A DNA stretch of 64,000 nucleotides. Origin: Gammaproteobacteria bacterium (GTDB lineage: Bacteria; Pseudomonadota; Gammaproteobacteria; CAJXQU01). The notes beneath the pieces were generated by a model that was not told the origin of the DNA, did no database searches, and saw only the letters and a list, made by a program, of their open reading frames with translations. The position numbers and the translations under genes are program-made. Within the stretch, counting starts at the first letter, position 1; every line of letters starts with the position of its first letter. This document shows positions 29,708-38,349 of this stretch, piece after piece. Where the stretch lies: contig CBDEGZ010000003.1 of the NCBI GenBank assembly GCA_965238175.1, positions 2,528,001 through 2,592,000 on the forward strand, read 5' to 3'.

Positions 29708-31651
29708 ATGAAAAACACCTATGTCTCAAGGCTATGTCTGCTCGGCACTAGCTTATTACTACCTTTATCACCAACACTCGCTGAAGAACCTCACACGCTA
29801 GATGATCTTTTGGTTACGGCCTCTCTTACTCCATTATCAAGTGAACAATCGGGTACCTCGCATACAATCATCACTGCGGAACAAATTGAGCAGCGTCAGG
29901 CGATTCATGTTTCCGATCTATTACGAGATGTTCCCGGGATTGCTGTCAGTCGTTCTGGTGGCATTGGTGCACAGACAGATATTCGAATACGTGGAGCCGA
30001 GGCAGATCAAACGCTGATTTTAATTGATGGAATTGAAGCAAACGACGCTTCCCTAGGATCAAGTTTTGACTTTGCACATCTACTGACCAATGATATTGAA
30101 CGGATAGAAATTATTCGTGGCCCGCAAAGTTCACTTTGGGGTAGCGATGCCATTGCTGGTGTGATCAATATTATTACTAAAGAAGCAAATATAGGAACTC
30201 AGCTTAGTGGTTTATTTGAATTAGGGTCTTTTACCACCGCACATAGTGCCGTCGGTATTTCTGATCGAGGGGAAAATCATCATATTGCACTGCATGGAAA
30301 TTTTATCAGAAGCGATGGTATCAATGCCTCTGAAAGTGGCGATGAAGATGACGACTACAAAAATGCGACCTTTAATTTAAAAGGTGGATTTAATCCACTT
30401 GAAAATTTTCAACTCTCTCTCGTGGTACGGCATACCTCTGCAGAGAAACAATTCGATCCAATCTCTTTTGTTACTTCTAAACCCGAAGATGGTGATCGAG
30501 AAACTGAGAATGAACAAACCTATGCATTAGCTAAAGCAACTCTTAACCTTTTTGAAGGTCGTTGGCAACACATTGTTAGTACCACGCTCACTGATACAGA
30601 TAACGAAAACTTTGCGGATAATGTTGAATCAAGCACGACGGATGGCAAGAAACTTAAATTTAGCTATCAAAGTAATGTCTTCTTCGATACCTCATTTGCC
30701 GATGCTACACACACAGTGACACTTGCGCTAGAAAGCGAAAAAGAAGAGATAACACAAACGGGAACCGCAAGTGCGTTTGGTGATCCGAATCAAGAACAAG
30801 ATTTAACCAATCACGCCTATATTCTCGAATATCGAGTCGGACTTTGGGAGCAATTATTTGCCTCAATTTCGACACGTTATGATGACAATGAAGAGTTTGA
30901 TAATGCCAACACGTTTCGTGGCACCCTTGCCTATAATATCCCAAATTCAGGCACGACTTTACGAACAGCCTACGGTACGGGTGTAAAAAATCCTACCTTT
31001 GGAGATCGTTTTGGTTTTACACCGGATACTTTTCTGGGTAATCCGGATCTTAAGCCGGAGAAATCGAAAGGTTGGGAGATAGGTATTGATCAAGCGCTTT
31101 TCAATGACAAGGTCACGTTTAGTGCAACGTTATTTAGAGAAGAACTGGAAGATGGGATCAACGGCTTCTCTTTTGATGCAACAGCGCTTAGGTTCACGGC
31201 CGTCAATATTGACGGGAAGAGCAAACGTAAAGGTCTCGAATTAGCCGTACAAACTTTCATTACTGATGATTTAACCATCAGCGGTTCATATTCGAATATA
31301 CATTCAACTGAAGCAGGACCAGATGGAAGACAAACCGAGGAAATTCGTCGTCCAGAACGTATCGCTAGTTTGAATGTTAACTATCGCTTTATGGATAACA
31401 AAGCAAATATTAATTTAGGTATCGATTACACGAGTAGACAATTGGATAGAGATTTCAGCACTTTTCCAACGCTTGTCACACTTGATAACTACACTCTGGT
31501 CAATCTTGCCGCTGAATATTCGATAAGCAAGCAAACTTCCCTATTCGGTCGAATCGAAAATTTACTTGATGAAGGTTATCAAGATATTTTTGGATACAAC
31601 ACACCGCGCATTGCTGCTTATGCAGGTATCAGAATGAATTTAGATTTATAA
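29708..31651 (+). CDS. btuB: TonB-dependent cobalamin receptor
   Basis: TonB box region LLVTAS, plug IERIEIIRGPQSSLWGSDAIAGVINIIT, NPDLKPEKS, RIENLLD; riboswitch-controlled. Confidence 0.82.
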   Translation: MKNTYVSRLCLLGTSLLLPLSPTLAEEPHTLDDLLVTASLTPLSSEQSGTSHTIITAEQIEQRQAIHVSDLLRDVPGIAVSRSGGIGAQTDIRIRGAEADQTLILIDGIEANDASLGSSFDFAHLLTNDIERIEIIRGPQSSLWGSDAIAGVINIITKEANIGTQLSGLFELGSFTTAHSAVGISDRGENHHIALHGNFIRSDGINASESGDEDDDYKNATFNLKGGFNPLENFQLSLVVRHTSAEKQFDPISFVTSKPEDGDRETENEQTYALAKATLNLFEGRWQHIVSTTLTDTDNENFADNVESSTTDGKKLKFSYQSNVFFDTSFADATHTVTLALESEKEEITQTGTASAFGDPNQEQDLTNHAYILEYRVGLWEQLFASISTRYDDNEEFDNANTFRGTLAYNIPNSGTTLRTAYGTGVKNPTFGDRFGFTPDTFLGNPDLKPEKSKGWEIGIDQALFNDKVTFSATLFREELEDGINGFSFDATALRFTAVNIDGKSKRKGLELAVQTFITDDLTISGSYSNIHSTEAGPDGRQTEEIRRPERIASLNVNYRFMDNKANINLGIDYTSRQLDRDFSTFPTLVTLDNYTLVNLAAEYSISKQTSLFGRIENLLDEGYQDIFGYNTPRIAAYAGIRMNLDL

Positions 31652-31689
31652 GATATTTGAGTTGATAAAATAAAACATGAGTAAGGAAA

Positions 31690-32397
31690 ATGACTCCTTG
31701 CTCATGTTTAAATAAACAAATGAAACCTAAAAAAGTTCTACTGTCCTGGAGTAGCGGCAAAGACTCAGCATGGACATTACATGTTTTACAGCGTGATCCA
31801 AATATCGAAATAATTGGGCTGTTAACCACCTTCAATCAAAAATTTGATCGCGTTGCTATGCATGCGACTCGGCGAGAACTGGTTGAGGCTCAAGCAAAAG
31901 CTGCCGACTTACCATTATTTGATGTTTTGCTTCCCTGGCCATGTTCCAATGAAAATTATCAACAAGCCACCACCACAAAATTAATTGAACTTAAAGATCG
32001 ATTTATGATCACACACGTCGCATTTGGTGATCTGTTTTTACAAGATATCCGCAGCTATAGGGAAAACCAAATGGATCCATTAGATCTAAAACCACTCTTT
32101 CCTATTTGGAATTTAGTCACAGATCAACTCGCACAAACCATGATCACTTCTGGACTTAAAGCAAGAATTAGCTGCATCGATCCAAAACGACTTTCAGCCG
32201 ATTTTGTTGGACGAAAATTTGATCAAAAATTATTGAACGATCTGCCTAACAATGTTGATCCCTGTGGTGAAAATGGCGAGTTTCATACATTCACATATGC
32301 TGGCCCAATGTTTCATGAAAATATTTCTATCAAGCAAGGTGATGCTGTTGAACGTGACGGTTTTATTTTTTCTGACATAATATTTAGGGATCTCTGA
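31690..32397 (+). CDS. Dph6/MJ0570-related ATP pyrophosphatase (adenine nucleotide alpha-hydrolase)
   Basis: PP-loop SWSSGKDS, FGDLFL.DIR.YRE, DPCGENGEFHTF. Confidence 0.85.
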   Translation: MTPCSCLNKQMKPKKVLLSWSSGKDSAWTLHVLQRDPNIEIIGLLTTFNQKFDRVAMHATRRELVEAQAKAADLPLFDVLLPWPCSNENYQQATTTKLIELKDRFMITHVAFGDLFLQDIRSYRENQMDPLDLKPLFPIWNLVTDQLAQTMITSGLKARISCIDPKRLSADFVGRKFDQKLLNDLPNNVDPCGENGEFHTFTYAGPMFHENISIKQGDAVERDGFIFSDIIFRDL

Positions 32398-32547
32398 TAT
32401 GTTATGAACATACAATTTGAGTCCAGAATATTCAATTTCATCGTTACAAAATTGATTAATAGAACCACTATTACTTGCGTTTTGCGCCTCGATCTTGAAT
32501 ATTTTGAATCTCAAACTTAATTTGCTTATAACACATCAGAGATCCCT
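32386..32547. mobile_element. 162-bp palindromic MITE-like element, copy 2
   Basis: TIRs AGGGATCTCTGATATGTTATGAACA / TGCTTATAACACATCAGAGATCCCT (22/25 complementary); core resembles copy 1 in reverse orientation. Confidence 0.75.
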
Positions 32548-32554
32548 CAAAACA

Positions 32555-33478
32555 ATGAAAATAGTTTCTCTTCTACCTAGTGCCACTGAAATAATTTGTC
32601 TTTTAGATCTGCAAGATCAACTCGTCGGTGTAACCCATGAGTGCGACTTCCCTGCTGCGGTTTTAGCACTTCCCAAAGTCACAAAAACACGCATTCCCAA
32701 ACAAGCAACGAGCAAACAAATTGATCAACTTGTGAACGAACATCTACAAGATAATCTCGCACTTTATTCACTCAATATAGATATTCTGCATGAGCTGCAA
32801 CCTGATGTGATCATTACGCAAGCATTGTGCGATGTCTGTGCGGTCGCCGAAAAAGAAGTTAAGACCGCTGCATGTGAACTGCCTGGAAACCCGCGTGTAG
32901 TCAATCTTGAACCGATGTCTTTAGAAGACGTATACCAAACACTGCTACTTGTCGGTAACGAATGTGATCGTACTGAACTCGCTCAAAAAACCGTTACGCA
33001 ATTACGCGCAAGAGAACGCAAAGTACAAACAATCACTGAAGAAAAAATACCGCTAGAAAATCGTCCAAGTGTTGGATTTTTGGAATGGATAGATCCACCT
33101 TTCAATGCCGGTCACTGGACGCCAGAATTGATCAAGTCCGCTGGTGGTATCGATGCTTTCGGAAACCTTAATCAACCGTCTGGAATGCTTACATGGGAAA
33201 AAATAAAACAAGCAGATCCTGATGTATTGTTTATCGCCTGCTGTGGTTTTGATCTACAACGAACATTAAAGGATATGCAGTTCCTGGAAAACAATAAAGG
33301 TTGGCAAGATCTAAAATGCGTTAAAAATAAACGTGTTTATATCTGCGATGGTAATGCTTATTTTTCAAGATCAGGACCACGGCTTATCGACAGCCTGGAA
33401 ATCATCGCCCACGCCTTGCATTCTGGAATTCACTCACTTCCTGCACATTTAGAACCAGCGTTATCTTATTGTAGGTAG
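32555..33478 (+). CDS. cobalamin-binding protein (BtuF-like, no signal peptide)
   Basis: MKIVSLLPSATEI, LVGVTHECDFP, TQALCDVCAV, EWIDPPFNAGHW, DGNAYFSRSGPRL. Confidence 0.8.
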   Translation: MKIVSLLPSATEIICLLDLQDQLVGVTHECDFPAAVLALPKVTKTRIPKQATSKQIDQLVNEHLQDNLALYSLNIDILHELQPDVIITQALCDVCAVAEKEVKTAACELPGNPRVVNLEPMSLEDVYQTLLLVGNECDRTELAQKTVTQLRARERKVQTITEEKIPLENRPSVGFLEWIDPPFNAGHWTPELIKSAGGIDAFGNLNQPSGMLTWEKIKQADPDVLFIACCGFDLQRTLKDMQFLENNKGWQDLKCVKNKRVYICDGNAYFSRSGPRLIDSLEIIAHALHSGIHSLPAHLEPALSYCR

Positions 33479-33752
33479 ACTTAGGCATAATATACTTAAC
33501 CTATGAGCAATTCTATCGACCAATTTATATGGATTAGGCTAGCGGAACTAAAGGGGTATGCCGTACTATTGGGCTACTCTCGGAAGAAGTGCATCGTGAT
33601 ATACAACTAATCAGAATGACCGTTTTACGATGTCATCCTGAACTCCCGCGAAGGATCTTAATATCGAAGTCACACAATCAGCCGTTAACTAAATGGGTAA
33701 ACTTTTCTCCTTTCTATGTTCAGAGCTTAAGAAACCCTTTACTTAGACCGTA

Positions 33753-34337
33753 TTACGAAGCCGATTCAGAATTATCTGCGCTTGAAACCGATTTGATCGC
33801 CACTATCATCATATGAATCAACGCAGCACAACCAACGTAAAATACCGTATTTGCAAGTGCGTTTGGTGAATACTTGATCAATCTTGCAAGCATTTCAGTC
33901 ATATTCGTATCGGCAAAACGATCCGACAAAAAATAAAAGCTTCCACTTGAAATCACTTCCGATAGGAATACAGCTACAATCACACTTAAAGCCAGCGGAA
34001 GAAATGTGATCCAGGTATTCTCGTGTCGGTTGCTATACCAGACACCACCCAACCACATCGCACCATAAGCCAAAATCAACATTGCATAAGCCGGGGTAAC
34101 ACAAAAACTACTAACGTCACCAAAGGTAATCACAACATAATCAATCAGTGCAGCTTCAACTAGTAGTAAAGGGAAAAACCATGATTTTTTAATATAGATC
34201 CCTGCAAGAAAGAAAATCGCTAAAGATGCAGCCGGTAATTGTTGCAGGCTCTCAAAATGATGTCCTCTGCTCACTGCCATTAGCAGCACAAAGAACAGAC
34301 CAAGAAAAAGTTGATTACGATTAGATAATTTTAACAT
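33753..34337 (-). CDS. btuM: BtuM-type cobalamin S-component transporter
   Basis: six TM helices; RGHHF, AS.AIFFL.G, DY..IT.G.VSSFCVTPAY with the cobalt-ligating Cys position; B12 gene context. Confidence 0.8.
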   Translation of the reverse strand: MLKLSNRNQLFLGLFFVLLMAVSRGHHFESLQQLPAASLAIFFLAGIYIKKSWFFPLLLVEAALIDYVVITFGDVSSFCVTPAYAMLILAYGAMWLGGVWYSNRHENTWITFLPLALSVIVAVFLSEVISSGSFYFLSDRFADTNMTEMLARLIKYSPNALANTVFYVGCAALIHMMIVAIKSVSSADNSESAS

Positions 34338-34462
34338 GCTGAACCTCAGGGTCGCTTTTCTTTTAAAGCTTATTTAATTTTTAATAGGCATAATTATACA
34401 GTATGTGGAAAGTAGGGTGTAGATTATAATACGTGTACATTATTCCAAACCGATAAAAAACA

Positions 34463-35065
34463 ATGTCCACAGAAGCTCAAGATCACAAACAAAAAATGCA
34501 AGATCAAAAGAAAGCCGTTGATGGCAGGATCAAATCGGCAAAAGACAAAAAAGGTTTAATCTTGATTCTAACCGGTGAAGGTAAAGGCAAAAGCAGTTCG
34601 GCTTTCGGTATGGTTGCTCGTGCCTTGGGGCACAAAATGCGCTGCGGTGTAGTGCAATTTATCAAAGGTAAAATGAGCACAGGAGAAGAACGTTTTTTCA
34701 GTCGGTTCCCAGACGAGATTGAATATCACACCACCGGCGATGGATATACATGGGACACACAAAATAAAGCAGCCGATATTGTCACTGCAGAACGCGGCTG
34801 GGCGATCGTAAAAACAATGCTGTCGAATTCCGAGTTTGATCTGATCGTCCTTGACGAACTAAATATTGTCCTGAATATGGAATACCTGAATCTTGATAAA
34901 GTCATGAAAGATCTACAATCTCGTCCAGAACGTCAGCATGTGATTATCACTGGCCGAGGTGCGCCTGAAAAATTAATCGAAGTTGCCGATACCGTCAGCG
35001 AAGTCAAGTTGATCAAACATGCGTTTGAAGCGGGAGTACAAGCCCAGAAAGGTATTGAGCTTTAG
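34463..35065 (+). CDS. cobO: cob(I)alamin adenosyltransferase
   Basis: TGEGKGKSSSAFG, QFIKG, LDELN, ITGR, KHAF.AG..AQKGIE. Confidence 0.93.
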   Translation: MSTEAQDHKQKMQDQKKAVDGRIKSAKDKKGLILILTGEGKGKSSSAFGMVARALGHKMRCGVVQFIKGKMSTGEERFFSRFPDEIEYHTTGDGYTWDTQNKAADIVTAERGWAIVKTMLSNSEFDLIVLDELNIVLNMEYLNLDKVMKDLQSRPERQHVIITGRGAPEKLIEVADTVSEVKLIKHAFEAGVQAQKGIEL

Positions 35066-35234
35066 AGACAACTCAATGCAATGCTCTTGAAGTTCTAAAG
35101 GCCTTAAAACAGAAATATCAATAACGCAGAAGGAACTTTATGTATTAGTTTATGCCATATACTGGTACTAGTTAGCATTACTAGTACTAAATTTAATAGA
35201 AAAAATCGAGATAAACACTATAATCATATAGATC

Positions 35235-35651
35235 ATGACGGTTCTACTCAAAAACAAGCGACATAAATTCGCAACGATGATGTTATCGATATTTATCGGT
35301 AGCTGGATGTTGCTATTGTGTCAAACCTGTTTTGCAGCCCATGGTAGTGATCAGAGAGTTGATCATTCCACGGAGATCGAGACGAAAATTCCTTGTCATG
35401 ACTCAACAACCGTCAGTGCTGATGATGAAATATGTTCTGAATCCTGTGATTGCGATGAGCTCAACATCACTATCAACAGTGATACAAACCCAGAGCAAAA
35501 AGTAAAAATAAAGTACTCACAAGATGCGACTATTCCTTCTGAGCAAAAAATAACATTATCAAATAGAGCTCCACCCAGCGAACAAATATCTGCACCACCC
35601 GACAGGGCTATCCTCTTACCTCTAGATTCATTCAACGTACTAATAATTTAA
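35235..35651 (+). CDS. Cys/His-rich leader protein with RAPP motif (DUF2946/CzcI/CutF-like)
   Basis: N-terminal hydrophobic segment ending CQTC, PCH, CSESCDC, NRAPP; first gene of the metal efflux operon. Confidence 0.6.
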   Translation: MTVLLKNKRHKFATMMLSIFIGSWMLLLCQTCFAAHGSDQRVDHSTEIETKIPCHDSTTVSADDEICSESCDCDELNITINSDTNPEQKVKIKYSQDATIPSEQKITLSNRAPPSEQISAPPDRAILLPLDSFNVLII

Positions 35652-35722
35652 ACACGGTCTATTGCATTCGTTGTTTGATCGCAAGATCAAATACCGTTAC
35701 TTATTCGCATTAGAGGTGTTTT

Positions 35723-36985
35723 ATGTACCATTACAAATTCTTAAAATTTATTGTCGTATTTTTTCTGATTGGCTTATCAGTTGAATCAACGGCTAATGAA
35801 CTATCGTTAGCAGAAGCAGAACAGATCGCGTTGGATCTCGACTTCATATCCAAAAAATACAACGCCCGATCAGAAAGTTTGCAAGCGCGGGCGATTGCCG
35901 ATGGGCAATTGCCCGATCCTGAACTGAGTTTTGGGCTCGCCGAAGTACCACTTAATAATTTCAACTTTAATGATCACGAAGACACAGAAGTTAGATTAGG
36001 GATCAGCCAGGTAATCCCACCTGGAAACACGCTGAAATATCGGTCAGAACGACTACTTTCAATGGCAGATGTTGAACAAGCACGCATGTTTAACCAACAC
36101 TTGCTGGTTCTAAATAATGTTCGCACTGCTTTTGTTGAACTTTATTTTCAGCAAGAAGCGTATCAATTACTTGAATTAAATCGCGACCTGTTTACTGAGA
36201 TGGCCGATATCACAGAGAGACAGTATGCCGAAGGTCGAGACAATCAACATGAGGTCTTAAGATCACAATTGGAATTGTCGTTTATTGAAGATCGAATAGA
36301 AGAAACAAGAGGCCTGATTGATGTTGCAAAGGCAGAGTTATCTGAATGGATCCAATACGAAAATGCCTCAAGAAAAATATCGTCCAAGCTTCCGAAAATA
36401 TCCTCAGTAAAGACAAAAGATAATGTTATAAAACACCTTAATCAACACCCTTTATTAGCCATCGAAAATGCCAATGTGGACGCTGCACAAAAATCAGTTG
36501 CTATTGCTGAAGAACAATACAATCCAAAATGGGTGGTCGATTTCATGATTACTGAAAACACTGGCAGTTCGTTCGATCTACAAACCGGACCTGATTTTGC
36601 CGGCGTTTTTTTCAAAGTGTCTTTACCCCTTTTTACCGACAAGCGTCAGGACAAAGTATTAAGTGCAAACAAAAGCGCAGAACAAGCGATGCGATTTAAT
36701 CGTTCAGATCGCTTACGAGAATTGATACGGCAGGTTGAAACTGAGTTCGCAAATCTGACAAGGCTTGAGCGCAGATTAAATCTATATGAGCAACGAGCAA
36801 CAATAGAGGCAACGCAAACACAAGATGCTGCATTCAATGCGTATCAAAATGATCTTACTGATTTCGAAACCTTAATTCGGACAGGAATACTCACGTTGAA
36901 TACACAATTGGAAATGCTAAATATTCAGAAAAAATATTTTAAGAGCCAAATTAAACTGTTGTACCTTTCTGGAGAATCACTATGA
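35723..36985 (+). CDS. TolC-family outer membrane protein (CusC-like)
   Basis: signal peptide, QLPDPEL, SQ.IP.G..L, HP.L, SLPLF; upstream of MFP and RND genes. Confidence 0.85.
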   Translation: MYHYKFLKFIVVFFLIGLSVESTANELSLAEAEQIALDLDFISKKYNARSESLQARAIADGQLPDPELSFGLAEVPLNNFNFNDHEDTEVRLGISQVIPPGNTLKYRSERLLSMADVEQARMFNQHLLVLNNVRTAFVELYFQQEAYQLLELNRDLFTEMADITERQYAEGRDNQHEVLRSQLELSFIEDRIEETRGLIDVAKAELSEWIQYENASRKISSKLPKISSVKTKDNVIKHLNQHPLLAIENANVDAAQKSVAIAEEQYNPKWVVDFMITENTGSSFDLQTGPDFAGVFFKVSLPLFTDKRQDKVLSANKSAEQAMRFNRSDRLRELIRQVETEFANLTRLERRLNLYEQRATIEATQTQDAAFNAYQNDLTDFETLIRTGILTLNTQLEMLNIQKKYFKSQIKLLYLSGESL

Positions 36986-38349
36986 ACCTTAAATTTATAA
37001 CAGGTTTGTTGTTTATCATCATTGCTGGCTTCTCAGCGGGAATATGGTTCGGTTGGTATGAAAACTTACTTCCCCAAAAAGAGACTGCAATCGAACATGC
37101 TGTAAAGCATCTTGATGAATCTTATTACTGCTCTATGCACCCACAGGTAACCAGCAATGAACCTGGTCGTTGTCCTATCTGCTCAATGGATCTTATCCCT
37201 ATTGTTAGTAATGAGAAGAAGGCAGAACCCAAAATTATTTTTTACCGACATCCAATGAATCCAACAATAACTGCAGAGACTCCACAAAAAGACAGTATGG
37301 GCATGGATTTTATTCCTGTCTATGAAGATGAAGATACCGAGACAACAAGCGTTACGGTTTCTCCTGCCGTGATTAATAATCTTGGTGTGCGTACGACTGA
37401 AGTTAAACGTAAAACCTTACCACGGCACGTCGATACCGTGGCATATATCAATCCGAATGAATCATTAATCGGTCACGTGCATTTAAGAACAGAAGGTTGG
37501 GTTGAAAATCTCACCGTGAATACAATAGGTGATCGCGTCAAAAAGGGACAATTGTTGTTTACACTGTATTCGCCTACGTTGGTCAATGCACAAGAAGAAT
37601 ACTTAAAAGCATTAGAACGTAGTAATAAAAGATTCATTAGTGCGTCAAAAAATAAACTGAAATCATTAGGCATCTCATCTTCACAAATTAACAAACTCAC
37701 TAAAACGCGTAAGGTTAAAAAAACCATCAGCATATTTGCGCATCATGATGGCATAGTAACTGAGTTAATGATTCGTGAAGGCATGTATGTCGAACCCTCT
37801 ACTGAAACTATTTCAATGGTTGATTTAAGTAATGTGTGGGTACTGGCTGAAGTGTTCGAACAACAAGCTGCGTGGATAAAAGTCGGGCAAAAAGCTATCG
37901 CAAAGGTGCCTTCTTTACCTAGTAAAACGTGGGCAGGATCGGTTGATTATATTTATCCGGTTCTTGATCCGGTGACGCGAACATTAAAAGTAAGACTGAA
38001 GTTCGATAACCCAAATGAATTATTAAAACCAAACATGTTTGCTCACGTCAAAATTTACTCTAACCCACGGGAAAATATTCTGGCTGTGCCACGAGAAGCG
38101 ATTATACGTGATGGCAGCAGCGAACGTGTGGTACTGGCAGAAGGTGATGGTCGCTTTTCACAACGGCAAATAAAAACGGGAATCGAAAGTGAAGATTTAG
38201 TTGAAATTATAGAGGGACTCGGAGAAGGGGAAAAAATTGTCACCTCAGCCCAATTTCTACTCGATTCAGAAGCAAGCCTCAGAGCCAGTTTCCAGCGAAT
38301 GCAACCAATGGAAGATAAACCGGCAACTTCAATGGAGATGACACCATGA
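36982..38349 (+). CDS. cusB: Cu/Ag efflux membrane fusion protein with two heavy-metal-binding domains
   Basis: YYCSMHP...CPICSMDL, YRHPMNP...KDSMGMD, LYSPTLVNAQEEYL, TRTLKVR, LKPNMF. Confidence 0.88.
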   Translation: MNLKFITGLLFIIIAGFSAGIWFGWYENLLPQKETAIEHAVKHLDESYYCSMHPQVTSNEPGRCPICSMDLIPIVSNEKKAEPKIIFYRHPMNPTITAETPQKDSMGMDFIPVYEDEDTETTSVTVSPAVINNLGVRTTEVKRKTLPRHVDTVAYINPNESLIGHVHLRTEGWVENLTVNTIGDRVKKGQLLFTLYSPTLVNAQEEYLKALERSNKRFISASKNKLKSLGISSSQINKLTKTRKVKKTISIFAHHDGIVTELMIREGMYVEPSTETISMVDLSNVWVLAEVFEQQAAWIKVGQKAIAKVPSLPSKTWAGSVDYIYPVLDPVTRTLKVRLKFDNPNELLKPNMFAHVKIYSNPRENILAVPREAIIRDGSSERVVLAEGDGRFSQRQIKTGIESEDLVEIIEGLGEGEKIVTSAQFLLDSEASLRASFQRMQPMEDKPATSMEMTP

